Source: Ferroglobus placidus DSM 10642 (GTDB lineage: Archaea; Halobacteriota; Archaeoglobi; Archaeoglobales; Archaeoglobaceae). Taken from it: 32,000 nt of DNA. The notes beneath the pieces are model-generated. The model worked only from the letters and a program-made list of their open reading frames with translations. It was not told where the DNA came from and searched no databases. Positions 8,889 through 18,214 of this stretch are shown here, piece after piece. The stretch is taken from the NCBI RefSeq assembly GCF_000025505.1, contig NC_013849.1:2160001-2192000 (forward strand), read 5' to 3'. Numbering within the stretch: the stretch's first letter is position 1; each line of letters opens with the position of its first letter. The position numbers and the translations under genes were made by a program.

Positions 8889-9668
8889 GTGAGGCTTAAA
8901 GTCAAAGATTACATGACGAAAGACGTGGTGGTTGTGAAGCCGGATCAGACGATAAAAGAGGTAATTGATCTCATCGAAAAGACTGGTCATGATGGTTTTC
9001 CTGTTATTGACGATAACGGAATTGTTATCGGATACATCTCTTCTCGTGATCTTTTGAGGAAAAATCTGGATACGAAAGTGAAAGATGTTATGTCTAAAAA
9101 GTTGATAGTAGCCAGAGAGCACATGGACTTGAGAGATGCGGCAAGGGTGATGTTCAGGACTGGAAGATCTAAATTGCCAGTCATAGACGAAAAAGGAAAG
9201 CTCATAGGAATTATATCGAACACGGATGTGATAAGGAGTCAGATAGAGAGAGCAGACCCTAAAAAAGTTGAAAATTTGAGGAAAACGATAGAAAGCGTTC
9301 ACAACGTTAAGACTGAGCTTAAAAGAGGTAAGATCGAAGTTGACAGAATAATTCCGACCCAAACGAAAGTTTACGCTGACGAACTTAGAGGAAGGGTTTA
9401 CGAGCTGAAAAAGGGTTTGGCTGAACCTGTTATCGTTATAAAGAAGGGAGGGAAGTATTACCTTGTGGATGGGCACCACAGGGTTGTGGCAGCTAAAAAG
9501 ATAGGGATAGACAAGCTCGACGCATACATTATAGAGGTTCCGGAAAACGTCGAGCTCGGTCTCGAAAAGCTTGTGAGAAAGAAAGGAATAAAATCAGTCA
9601 GGGATATTCAAGTTTTAGAGGACGCGACGCACCCCCTCGTGGAAATAACCTTTAAAAATTCGAAGTGA
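8889..9668 (+). CDS. tandem CBS domains fused to a ParB-like (possible SerK-type serine kinase) domain
   Basis: Two CBS units (KDVVVVKPDQTIKEVIDLIEKTGHDGFPVIDDNG..., MDLRDAARVMFRTGRSKLPVIDEKG...) followed by a ParB-like domain with YYLVDGHHRVVAAKKIG. Confidence 0.85.
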   Translation: MRLKVKDYMTKDVVVVKPDQTIKEVIDLIEKTGHDGFPVIDDNGIVIGYISSRDLLRKNLDTKVKDVMSKKLIVAREHMDLRDAARVMFRTGRSKLPVIDEKGKLIGIISNTDVIRSQIERADPKKVENLRKTIESVHNVKTELKRGKIEVDRIIPTQTKVYADELRGRVYELKKGLAEPVIVIKKGGKYYLVDGHHRVVAAKKIGIDKLDAYIIEVPENVELGLEKLVRKKGIKSVRDIQVLEDATHPLVEITFKNSK

Positions 9669-9672
9669 TATC

Positions 9673-9951
9673 ATGCTGGAAGAGCTTCAGGAGATTGTTG
9701 AGGAGAGAAAAAGGAATCCGACCCCGGATTCCTATACAGCCAAGTTACTCTATCACGAGAAGGGAGAGGACAAAGTACTCGAAAAGTTCGGGGAGGAGGC
9801 AGTGGAGTTAATCCTCGCTTGCAAAAACAAAGATAAAGAAAGCATAGTTTACGAAGCAGCCGATTTGCTTTATCACTTCGTCGTTCTCCTTTCTAAATTC
9901 GACGTCAAAGTGGAGGAGGTTTACGATGAACTTCGAAGAAGAAAGAAGTAA
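9673..9951 (+). CDS. hisE: phosphoribosyl-ATP pyrophosphatase
   Basis: LEELQEIVEERKRNPTPDSYTAKLLYHEKGEDKVLEKFGEEAVELILACKNKDKESIVYEAADLLYHFVVLL. Confidence 0.95.
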   Translation: MLEELQEIVEERKRNPTPDSYTAKLLYHEKGEDKVLEKFGEEAVELILACKNKDKESIVYEAADLLYHFVVLLSKFDVKVEEVYDELRRRKK

Positions 9952-10219
9952 CTACTGGATAATCTGGACGGTCAATTTAGATAAGAAGAAGAGCAGAAGC
10001 GAAGGGAGAAAGATTCCGAAGAGGTACGCTGTGCCGAACGTTAAGTTCAAAGAGCTTATCGAAGCTTGCAAAGCCCTCGGTTTGGAGTTTTACGCTGAGG
10101 AAAAAAAGTATCCGAAGTCTTGGTGGGAGGAGGGGGGAAGGGTTAGAGTGAAAAAGACCGGAAAGAAGCTCGACCTCATGATAGAGATAGCTAAAAAAAT
10201 AGCAGAAATGCGAAGATGA
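9926..10219 (+). CDS. srp19: signal recognition particle 19 kDa subunit
   Basis: YWIIWTVNLDKKKSRSEGRKIPKRYAVPNVKFKELIEACKALGLEFYAEEKKYPKSWWEEGGRVRV. Confidence 0.92.
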   Translation: MNFEEERSNYWIIWTVNLDKKKSRSEGRKIPKRYAVPNVKFKELIEACKALGLEFYAEEKKYPKSWWEEGGRVRVKKTGKKLDLMIEIAKKIAEMRR

Positions 10220-11193
10220 AGCTGATCTTCCTCCTCTCCGGAGATCTGGAGTACGTGGCGAGAAAAGAAGTCGAGGTTTTTTCGAAAGAAATACTCGGTG
10301 GGAAAGTTATTCTTGAGGACAGGCAGATATCAGTCGCGGAAGTTTCAGAAATTAAGCTTCTCGAAAGATTGAGCTTGGTTCACGAGGTTAGCGAGTTTCT
10401 CTTCTCCGGAAGTCTGGAGGAGCTAAAAAGCTTCGTAAATGAAGTGGAGCTGCCAGAGGGAAAGATGTGCGTAAGAGTGAGAAACATCGGAGGTCGTTTC
10501 GTTCCTTCAAACGAGTTCGAAAAAGAGCTTGGAGCGATTTTCTACAGGAGAGGGGCGAAAATAAGCGTTTCCAATCCGGATAAAATATTCAGGGTTTACG
10601 TCACCGAAAATAACGTTTACGCCGGCTGGTTAATTCACGTTACAAACACGAAGCAGTTCCTCGAAAGACGACCAGATTTAAAGCCGTTTTTCAGACCCGG
10701 AGCTGTAGTGCCGAGATTTGCGAGAAGCTTGGTGAACATAACCGGAGTTGAAAACGGAGTCGTCCTTGATCCAATGTGCGGAACTGGGACTATGATAATA
10801 GAGGCTGGATTGATGAACCTCGATTTTATCGGAGTTGAGGCTTTTGAAAAAATCGCTAAAGGATGTGCAATCAATCTGAGATACTACAATCTTCCTGTGA
10901 ACGTTATAGTGGGAGATGCCAAAAATCTTCCTTTGGCTGACGAAAGCGTTGACGGAATAGTGACCGACTACCCTTACCTTCAATCGTCGATGAGCTTCGG
11001 AGATTTAAGAGAGTTATACGAAAAAAGCTTTCCGGAGTTTCACAGAGTGCTTAGAGGAGAGAGGATAGTTTTCCTAACGAACATGGACGTTGAAGAATTC
11101 TTCGAGGACTACTTCATTCTCGAATCCAAGTTCTACCAAAAAGTTCACAAAAGTCTGACGAGAAGGATTTACGTTTGTAGAAAGAAAAAGTGA
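10216..11193 (+). CDS. THUMP-domain tRNA (guanine-N2) methyltransferase, Trm-G10/Trm11 family
   Basis: RPDLKPFFRPGAVVPRFARSLVNITGVENGVVLDPMCGTGTMIIEAGLM and IVTDYPYLQSS in the motif IV region. Confidence 0.88.
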   Translation: MKLIFLLSGDLEYVARKEVEVFSKEILGGKVILEDRQISVAEVSEIKLLERLSLVHEVSEFLFSGSLEELKSFVNEVELPEGKMCVRVRNIGGRFVPSNEFEKELGAIFYRRGAKISVSNPDKIFRVYVTENNVYAGWLIHVTNTKQFLERRPDLKPFFRPGAVVPRFARSLVNITGVENGVVLDPMCGTGTMIIEAGLMNLDFIGVEAFEKIAKGCAINLRYYNLPVNVIVGDAKNLPLADESVDGIVTDYPYLQSSMSFGDLRELYEKSFPEFHRVLRGERIVFLTNMDVEEFFEDYFILESKFYQKVHKSLTRRIYVCRKKK

Positions 11194-11401
11194 GCACTCT
11201 CGCACTGAACAGTATGGTTTGGTAACGTTTCTGATGGGATTTTGTTAATTTTTTAGATTTTAGACCATTGCCGCAGCGTGTTCAACTATCAGTTCGGAGA
11301 GCTCGTTGATAGTGGAGTAATTCTTAAATCCCCTTTTCATGAGAACTCTTTTGCCTCCCAGTCCAGTAATGTATATTAACTCACAAGGATAAGAAAAGTT
11401 T

Positions 11402-11674
11402 ATGGAATTATCCGTAACCAAGAAAGAGGTTATAGAATACAAAAAGTTGGAGATCATTTCCCATATAGCTTCGATTAAATCAAAGATCGAACTTTTCGAG
11501 TCAAAATACGGATGCAAGTTTGAAGATTTCGAGAAAAAACTAAAAGAAAGGCAAGATGAAGATTTTGAGGAATGGGACGATTACATCGAATGGAAGGCGT
11601 ACGTTAAAACACTCGAAGAGCTAAGAGAAAAGCTCAAGGAGATCGAAAATGCTAAAGACGTTAGAATTGCTTGA
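11402..11674 (+). CDS. small helical protein, putative antitoxin partner of the downstream TumE-like protein
   Basis: 90 aa acidic/helical protein (MELSVTKKEVIEYKKLEIISHIASIKSKIELFESKYGCKFEDFEKKLKER...) overlapping the next gene by 26 nt. Confidence 0.6.
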   Translation: MELSVTKKEVIEYKKLEIISHIASIKSKIELFESKYGCKFEDFEKKLKERQDEDFEEWDDYIEWKAYVKTLEELREKLKEIENAKDVRIA

Positions 11675-11993
11675 CAAAAGTCCGATCGTTAAGTCTTACG
11701 AAATACTCGACTTTAAAAAGGGAAGGGATTTCTACTACCTTAAGATCAAAGCTATTTTAATCAACGATACAGTTTTGCACATCAGAGAATACGTCTCACC
11801 AGATGACTCATCTTACTCATACAATTGGGTTGATGGGGACGGGAATCTCATTTGCAGATGGGACAACGCACCACATTATAAACACATTAAAACGTTTCCG
11901 CACCATAAACACACTAAAAATGGGGTTAAAGAGTCATTCGAAACAACTCTACAAGATGTTTTAACTGTTATTGAAAAGGAAGTTACAACATAA
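11649..11993 (+). CDS. TumE/DUF6516-like putative toxin
   Basis: MLKTLELLDKSPIVKSYEILDFKKGRDFYYLKIKAILINDTVLHIREYVSPDDSSYSYNWVDGDGNLICRWDNAPHYKHIKTFPHHKHTKNGVKES; the H(Y/H)KH..TFPHHKH region is typical of this family. Confidence 0.75.
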   Translation: MLKTLELLDKSPIVKSYEILDFKKGRDFYYLKIKAILINDTVLHIREYVSPDDSSYSYNWVDGDGNLICRWDNAPHYKHIKTFPHHKHTKNGVKESFETTLQDVLTVIEKEVTT

Positions 11994-12013
11994 CTTTACG
12001 CTCAAACAAGTCA

Positions 12014-13576
12014 TTACACCTCCAATCTATATCCCAAAGCCTCAAAAACCCCTCTGATTTTAGCTTTTAGCTCTTCTTCCTCTTTCAGCAATTTCGAAAG
12101 TTCTTCGCTGTAAGATCTCATTTTTTCCTCGAATGTTTGTTCATCATCCAAATCAAGCTTAACTCCGACGTATCTTCCCGGTGTCAAAACGTAGTTGTTT
12201 CTCGCAATTTCTTCTATTGTCGCAACCTTAGCAAATCCAACCTCATCGATTTCCTCAAATCTGCCCTCCTCGAAAAGCCTGAACTTCTCCACGATCTTGC
12301 CTATGTGCTCATCTTTCATCACATTCTGCCTTCTCGAAATTGGCTCGTAGAGATCTTTAGCATTTACGAAAAGCACCTTTCCCTTCATGTGCTCTGGCTT
12401 TTCCTTCCTGACAAACCAAAGAGAAACTGGCAATGATACGTTGTAGAAGAGCTTTGGTGGGCAAGCAACAATTCCGTAAACAAGGTCAGCCTTGACTATC
12501 GCCTTTCTTATCTCTCTCTACACCGCCAGCGGACAACGCACCGTTTGCCATAACGAAGCCAGCCTTTCCATTAGGTGCTAAATGATAGACAAAATGAAGT
12601 ATCCACATATAGTTTGCGTTGCTGTTTGGGGGAACTGGTACTCTGACTCCATTTATTCTCAATCTCGGATCGTCAGGCTTAATTCTTTCAGCACCCCACT
12701 CGCTGTCGTTAAAAGGTGGATTAGAAGTAACATAATCGAACCTCATGTCGTAAAACTTGTCATCATGATAGGAATCGCCAACTCTTATGTCTCCTTCAAC
12801 TCCCCTGATAACTAAGTTCATCTTCGTAAGTTTCCAAGCCATAGGATCGGAATCCTGCCCGTATATCTGCAACTCGAACCTATCTATTCCCTCTCTTTCG
12901 AGTTTCTCTATCGCTGAAACAAAGAAACCTCCGCTTCCACATGCAGGATCGAACATTCTTCCTCCTTTAATGTCCAAGACCTCGACTATAAGCTTAGTTA
13001 ATGATCTTGGTGTGTAAAACTTGCCTCCCCTCTTCCCCTCAACTTCCGTAAACTTCCCCAAGAAATACTCGTAAATTCTGCCGAAAATGTCCCTCGCTTT
13101 ATGATCGTATCCGAAATCAATCTTCGAAAAGAGGTTTATCAGATAGGCTAAATCGTAGTGGTCGAGGTTCGAGCTTAGGTAAACCTTTGGAATTACATCT
13201 TGTAGCTGTTTCGGATATTTCTTTTCCAGAATTTCTATGGCTCTCTCTATGATTTCTGCTATATTTGGCTGATTTGCATTTTTGGACAGATAGCTCCATC
13301 TTGCCTTTTCCGGAATGTAGAGAACGCCAGCCTCGAGGTAATAGTCCTCGTCCTCCAAAGCAAGCTCTCTTAACTCTGCACTCGTTTCTTCTTTCATCGA
13401 AAGCGTAGGAAAGATAACGCAAAAAGATTAGTCAGAGAACTATGTATTTGTATTGATGTACCTTCTACCTTCCTCCTCAACTTATCTGCCGCCTTCCAAA
13501 GTTGATTTTCGAAATCGGGTGTTAATTCATGAATCTGAGAATTACCAATATCTACGAAATCGCTGAGCTTTGCCAT
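12014..13576 (-). pseudogene. hsdM: type I restriction-modification DNA methyltransferase subunit, degraded
   Basis: N-term MAKLSDF...PDFENQLWKAADKLR. It then continues in a second frame (YKYIVL*LIFLRYLSYAFDERRNE), a third (ELRELALEDEDYYLEAGVLYIPEKARWSYL...GGRMFDPACGSGGFFV...VTSNPPFNDSEW), then a shift to EIRKAIVKADLVYGIVACPPKLFYNVSLPVSLWFVRKEK. Confidence 0.88.
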
Positions 13577-13673
13577 CCATCTACACCTCCAAGCAATGTT
13601 ACTAAAATGCGCGGAATTTTTAGTTTGGGAATAAGGGAAAAAGTTTTGCAAGCAACGTTTTTATAAAGTTCGT

Positions 13674-14444
13674 TTACTGCTCTTTCTTACCTCTCTTCGT
13701 CTCAGCGAAGTATTCGAGGATTTCTATCGGAATTGGAAAGACTATTGTTGTGTTTTGAGCGTTGGAGATTTCGTTCATCGTCTGGAGAATTCTCAGCATC
13801 ATAGCCCCTCTGCTTTCCGAAAGTATTTCTGCCGCTTCTTTCAACTTCAAAGCAGCTTGATACTCTCCGTCCGCCCTTATAATCTTCGCCCTCCTCTCTC
13901 TTTCAGCTTCAGCCTGCATAGCCATAGCCCTCTGCATTTCCTTCGGCAGCTCGACATCCTTTATTTCAACAGCCGAAACTTTTATTCCCCACTGATCCGT
14001 GGCTTCGTCTATTATCTGCTGAAGCTTTAAATTCAGCTTTTCTCTTTCCGAAAGCAGTTCGTCAAGTTCCGCCTGACCAATAACGCTTCTCAGGGTGGTC
14101 TGGGCAATTTGGGCTGTTGCGAACTTGTAATCGTAAACTTCCGTTATCGCTTTCTCCGGATCGACAACTCGATAGTAAACAACCGCGTTAACCCTAACAG
14201 TGACGTTATCTCTTGTAACGACTTCTTGCGGAGGTACGTCGTAAGTTACCGTTCTAAGGTCGACAACCTGCATGCTTTCGAGAATCGGGATGACGTAAAA
14301 TATTCCAGGTCCTCTCGCACCGACGAGCCTTCCGAGTCTGAAAATTACACCTCTCTCGTACTCCTTAACGATTCTGATTCCCGAAAGGAGGAACAGAATT
14401 ATGACTATCGCCAGTCCCAACAGTATCGTGTCGCTTAAAGCCAT
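13674..14444 (-). CDS. slipin / SPFH (stomatin-prohibitin) family protein
   Basis: [93 protein letters not shown]...[21 protein letters not shown]. Confidence 0.95.
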   Translation of the reverse strand: MALSDTILLGLAIVIILFLLSGIRIVKEYERGVIFRLGRLVGARGPGIFYVIPILESMQVVDLRTVTYDVPPQEVVTRDNVTVRVNAVVYYRVVDPEKAITEVYDYKFATAQIAQTTLRSVIGQAELDELLSEREKLNLKLQQIIDEATDQWGIKVSAVEIKDVELPKEMQRAMAMQAEAERERRAKIIRADGEYQAALKLKEAAEILSESRGAMMLRILQTMNEISNAQNTTIVFPIPIEILEYFAETKRGKKEQ

Positions 14445-14516
14445 AAAATAGAAATTTAACTTAAACAAATAAGTTTTTCGATGGATTTATATGTAGCAGT
14501 TTTTAAAATCGCGTAG

Positions 14517-15437
14517 GTGATAAAGGAGCAGTTTAGAGAGATAAATAGGAAGTTCGTGGAGAAATACGAAAAAATAGACGATTCGAAAGAGTTCTACGAG
14601 TTCATGGCTAAGCCAATAAGACAGAGCTTCAGAGTTAACACGCTTAAAATAGATGTTAAAAGCGTTGTGGAAAGATTATCGGAAGAGTTCGAACTCGAAA
14701 GAGTCCCTTGGTGTAAAGAGGGGTTTTTCGTTTACGGAGAGGGAATAACCAAAACTCCTGAATTCGCTCTCGGCTTGATATTCATGCAGGAAGCTTCCTC
14801 GATGATACCGCCGGTTGTTATGGATTTGAAGGAGAACCTCTTCGTTCTCGACATGGCAGCCGCTCCTGGAGCGAAAACGACGCAGATTTCGCAATACATG
14901 AACAACACCGGCTGCGTTATTGCCAATGATGTGAAGTACTCGAGGTTGAACATTCTCATTTCTAACGTTCAGAAGTACGGATGCATAAACGTTGTTGTGA
15001 CGGAAAAGGACGGAAGATACTTTGGAAGGTTCAGAGACACCTTCGATAGAGTTTTACTTGATGCTCCCTGCAGCAACGTGGGGATGATAAGGAAGAACTA
15101 CAAATATTTAAAGCTCTGGAGGCAGATGGAAGTGGAAGCTTTGTCGAGGCTGCAAAAAAGTCTGATTTTGGCAGCTTACAAAGCTTTGAAGCCGAAAGGT
15201 GTTCTTGTTTACTCCACTTGCACTCTCGATCCCGAAGAAAATGAAGAAGTAATCGACTACCTTCTCTACAATACCGACGCGAAGCTCGAAAAAATAAAGC
15301 TTCCAGTAAAGTCTACAGAGCCGATATTGGAGTTCAACGGGAAAAGGTACAGCGAAGAAGTCAAAAAGTGCCTGAGAATTCATCCTCAAGATAACGACAC
15401 CGAAGGCTTCTTCGTCGCCAAGGTGGTGAAACCGTGA
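14517..15437 (+). CDS. NOL1/NOP2/Sun family RNA (cytosine-C5) methyltransferase
   Basis: FMQEASSMIPPVVMDL..FVLDMAAAPGAKTTQISQYM; VLLDAPCSNVGMIRK; GVLVYSTCTLDPEENEEVIDYLL. Confidence 0.93.
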   Translation: MIKEQFREINRKFVEKYEKIDDSKEFYEFMAKPIRQSFRVNTLKIDVKSVVERLSEEFELERVPWCKEGFFVYGEGITKTPEFALGLIFMQEASSMIPPVVMDLKENLFVLDMAAAPGAKTTQISQYMNNTGCVIANDVKYSRLNILISNVQKYGCINVVVTEKDGRYFGRFRDTFDRVLLDAPCSNVGMIRKNYKYLKLWRQMEVEALSRLQKSLILAAYKALKPKGVLVYSTCTLDPEENEEVIDYLLYNTDAKLEKIKLPVKSTEPILEFNGKRYSEEVKKCLRIHPQDNDTEGFFVAKVVKP

Positions 15438-15832
15438 ACTATTTGGAAATTTTAAGGGAACTTTACGGAGTCGAGAAGGTGAATTTCGAGCTGAAAAAGA
15501 TGGGAAAGGACAGGCTCTACGCTTTTCTGAAGTGCGACAAGAAGGACGAGCTCGGGATAAAAGAGTACCACCAAGGAGTCTACTTCGGCAAGCTCGAAAA
15601 AGATGGGATAAGGTTGAGCATAGAGGGTTGCTATTTGCTTCGAGACGAGATTAAGAAAAACCTCATAGAAGTTTCCTACGAAGATGCGATTAAGTGGTTG
15701 AAAGGAGAAGATTTGGATATTCCTTACAAAGGATACGTCGTGCTGAAGTGGAGAAACTACTTTTTGGGTTGCGGAAAGGGGGATGGAAAGAAAATAAGGA
15801 ACTACGTCCCTAAGGAGAGGAGAATAATCTAA
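15434..15832 (+). CDS. small protein overlapping the NSUN gene, probable RNA-binding partner domain
   Basis: 4-nt ATGA overlap; 132 aa with YKGYVVLKWRNYFLGCGKGDGKKIRNYVPKERRII, resembling the C-terminal domain of RsmF/NSUN-type enzymes. Confidence 0.6.
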   Translation: MNYLEILRELYGVEKVNFELKKMGKDRLYAFLKCDKKDELGIKEYHQGVYFGKLEKDGIRLSIEGCYLLRDEIKKNLIEVSYEDAIKWLKGEDLDIPYKGYVVLKWRNYFLGCGKGDGKKIRNYVPKERRII

Positions 15833-15868
15833 CAAAACATTATTAAATTCCAAAATCAACGCTTAAAA

Positions 15869-16381
15869 ATGGATCCGAGAGCGTTTTATAAAATAAGTTA
15901 CGGACTTTACGTCGTTTCCTCCTCCTACAATGGTAGACTGAGCGGGCAAATTGCCAATACAGTTTTTCAGGTCTCCTCAGAGCCTCCGATGATTGCAGCT
16001 TGTTTGAACAAGAAAAACTTCACCCACGAAATAGTGAAGTCGAGTAAGGTTTTCGCTGTTAGCGTTTTGGAAGCTGAAACGCCACTGACGTTCATAGGAA
16101 GGTTTGGGTTCAGAAGTAGCAGGGACTTCGACAAGTTTGAAGGAGTGGATTACGAAATAGGAGTAACTGGCGCTCCAGTCGTAATTCAGCATGCAACAGC
16201 AATTTTCGAGGCAAAGGTCGTTAAGGAGTGCGACGTTGGAACTCACACCTTGTTTATCGGTGAAGTCGTGAGGGCTGAGCTGAGAAGAGATGCCGAAGTT
16301 TTGACTTACGCCGACTACCATCGGATTAAGAAAGGAAAAACTCCGAAAACTGCTACCGTTTACTTCGATAAGCAAAGTTAG
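15869..16381 (+). CDS. flavin reductase-like FMN-binding domain protein
   Basis: MDPRAFYKISYGLYVVSSSYNGRLSGQIANTVFQVSSEPPMIAACLNKKNFTHEIVKSSKVFAVSVLEAE...GVTGAPVV...HTLFIGEVV. Confidence 0.9.
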   Translation: MDPRAFYKISYGLYVVSSSYNGRLSGQIANTVFQVSSEPPMIAACLNKKNFTHEIVKSSKVFAVSVLEAETPLTFIGRFGFRSSRDFDKFEGVDYEIGVTGAPVVIQHATAIFEAKVVKECDVGTHTLFIGEVVRAELRRDAEVLTYADYHRIKKGKTPKTATVYFDKQS

Positions 16382-16399
16382 TTGCTAAATTGCAAAAAA

Positions 16400-17080
16400 T
16401 GCAACATTGATGCTTTTTTTATCACTCACTTTTTGGGCTTTCGAACAATTTTAAATTTTGGAGATAATAATAAAAAATTAAAATTTAAACTTTTTAAATT
16501 ATATCTTCTAACTCTTATGTTTTCCATTTTTAAATCTTTTATAAAAATTAAAATGACAAAAATTGAATTGATAATTTAAATTAATTAAATATTAATGAGC
16601 TATGTAATCTGTAGCCTTATCACAAAATTTTTAGAATACAACATTTTTAGGTTTACCTAAAAATGTTGAATGTGGCGACTCGCTTGTTCCAAAAATTATG
16701 TGAATTTAGGCTGCGTCGCGAATTTACCCCCCCTTAACTGCATGAAGTGTGCAAATTTGTGAAACAACGCTATTTAACGGTGTTAAATATTACAATAATT
16801 TTGGAATAAAGATTATTTAGCCTCAGCAATATATATTTGCTTCAAAATTAACTGCTCAAGAAATTATTGATTTGTGAGTAGATATTTGAATATACAAAAT
16901 TAAAAACTAAAATTAATTAAAATAAATTTTGAAAATTAATATATTACATTAAATAAATAATTTTAATTAAATTACTTAGATACAACAGAACAAATGTAAA
17001 TTAACCTCCAAGTTTCAAAAAGTGAGTGATGAAGAAGAGAGAAGATTTTGGGGAAAACGTATAAGAGTGAGTAAAGCAGA
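16400..17080. other. AT-rich intergenic region with two perfect dyads; candidate regulatory or replication-related region
   Basis: About 0.7 kb with no credible ORF. CAACATTTTTAGGT-TT-ACCTAAAAATGTTG at 16639-16668; TATTTAAC-GGT-GTTAAATA at 16771-16789; dense TTAATTAAA tracts. Confidence 0.5.
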
Positions 17081-17092
17081 TGTTCGGATGTT

Positions 17093-18211
17093 ATGAAAAT
17101 TTCGAAAAGCGCGTATCGGAAGAGAGTTGAAAAAGTCCAAGAGCTTATGGAAAAGGAAGGGATAGACGCTTTCCTCGTGCTTTCCCTCGAAAATTACAGG
17201 TATTTCACTGGAGATGTGAGAAAGCAACCGAGGATGGTAATTCCGTCTAACGACGAGCCTTTTTTAATAGTTTTCGACACCGAAAAAGAGGAAGCTGAGA
17301 AAAAGACCGGTCTCGAGGCAAAAACCTATAGATCCCTCCCGGATATGATGAAGCACATCGTAGCATTCACAAACTCCCTTGGGGACAACCCGAAGATAGC
17401 TGTTGAGATGGAGTTTTCAACGCCAGCTTTTCTCCTTGAGAGGTTCAGAAAAATGAATCCTCACGTGGAAGTTGTAGATGCGAAGCAGATAGTTGCTCCG
17501 CTGAGAAAATACAAAGACGAGTACGAGTTAGAACTCATGAAAAAAGCTGGAAAACTTGCGGATGTGGCAATGGAAAAAGTCTTGGACGTTTTGAAGCCGG
17601 GAGTTGCAGAGAGAGAAGTTGCCAACGAAGTGGAGTACTACATCAGAAAGAAGGGAGCTGAAAGGCTCGCTTTTCCTATGTTCGTTAATTCCGGAGAAAG
17701 GAGTCTCTGGCTTCACGGTTTAGCTACAGACAGAAAAATTGAGGAGGGAGATGTGGTTTTAATAGATGTAGGTCCGGTTTACGAGGGATACTGCGCTGAC
17801 ATAGCGAGAACTTTCGTTGTAGGTAAAGCTACCGAAGAGCAAAAAAGAGCTCATTCAGCTTACGTGGAATTACAGGAGAGAGTCGTGGAAATTATCGAAA
17901 AAGAAAAGAACGAAATATCGATTCTTGAGATAGAGAGAAGAAACGAGGAGTTCATGAAAAGCAAGGGCTTTGGAAACTTTTACGTAAAAGGATTTCTCCA
18001 CGGGATCGGACTGAATTTCGAAGAGACTCCGTTTCCAACGATATTTCCCGAAGATTTGAGGGAGGTTGTCGAGGAAAGAATGACTTTGTCAGTTGGACAT
18101 TCTGTTCTCTCAATCAAAGGCGTTGGGGGATTTAGAGTTGAGGATACCATTTACGTTGGAGAAAAAATCGAGTTCCTTACGACTTTCACCAGAGAACTTC
18201 TGGAGGTGTGA
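17093..18211 (+). CDS. M24 family metallopeptidase (Xaa-Pro dipeptidase/aminopeptidase)
   Basis: AFLVLSLENYRYFTGD..., VVLIDVGPVYEGYCADIARTFVVG, HGIGLNFEETPFP, LSVGHSVLSIKGVGGFRVEDTIYV. Confidence 0.9.
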   Translation: MKISKSAYRKRVEKVQELMEKEGIDAFLVLSLENYRYFTGDVRKQPRMVIPSNDEPFLIVFDTEKEEAEKKTGLEAKTYRSLPDMMKHIVAFTNSLGDNPKIAVEMEFSTPAFLLERFRKMNPHVEVVDAKQIVAPLRKYKDEYELELMKKAGKLADVAMEKVLDVLKPGVAEREVANEVEYYIRKKGAERLAFPMFVNSGERSLWLHGLATDRKIEEGDVVLIDVGPVYEGYCADIARTFVVGKATEEQKRAHSAYVELQERVVEIIEKEKNEISILEIERRNEEFMKSKGFGNFYVKGFLHGIGLNFEETPFPTIFPEDLREVVEERMTLSVGHSVLSIKGVGGFRVEDTIYVGEKIEFLTTFTRELLEV

Positions 18212-18214
18212 TTT

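Noticed and set aside
11260-11517. Minus-strand 85 aa ORF antisense to the putative antitoxin
   Set aside because: Overlaps the better supported plus-strand pair and has no recognisable domain.
16382-16579. 65 aa ORF (MLNCKKCNIDAFFITHFLG...)
   Set aside because: Starts immediately after the flavin reductase stop in AT-rich DNA. Low-complexity Lys/Phe/Ile composition and no ribosome-binding signal; probably spurious.
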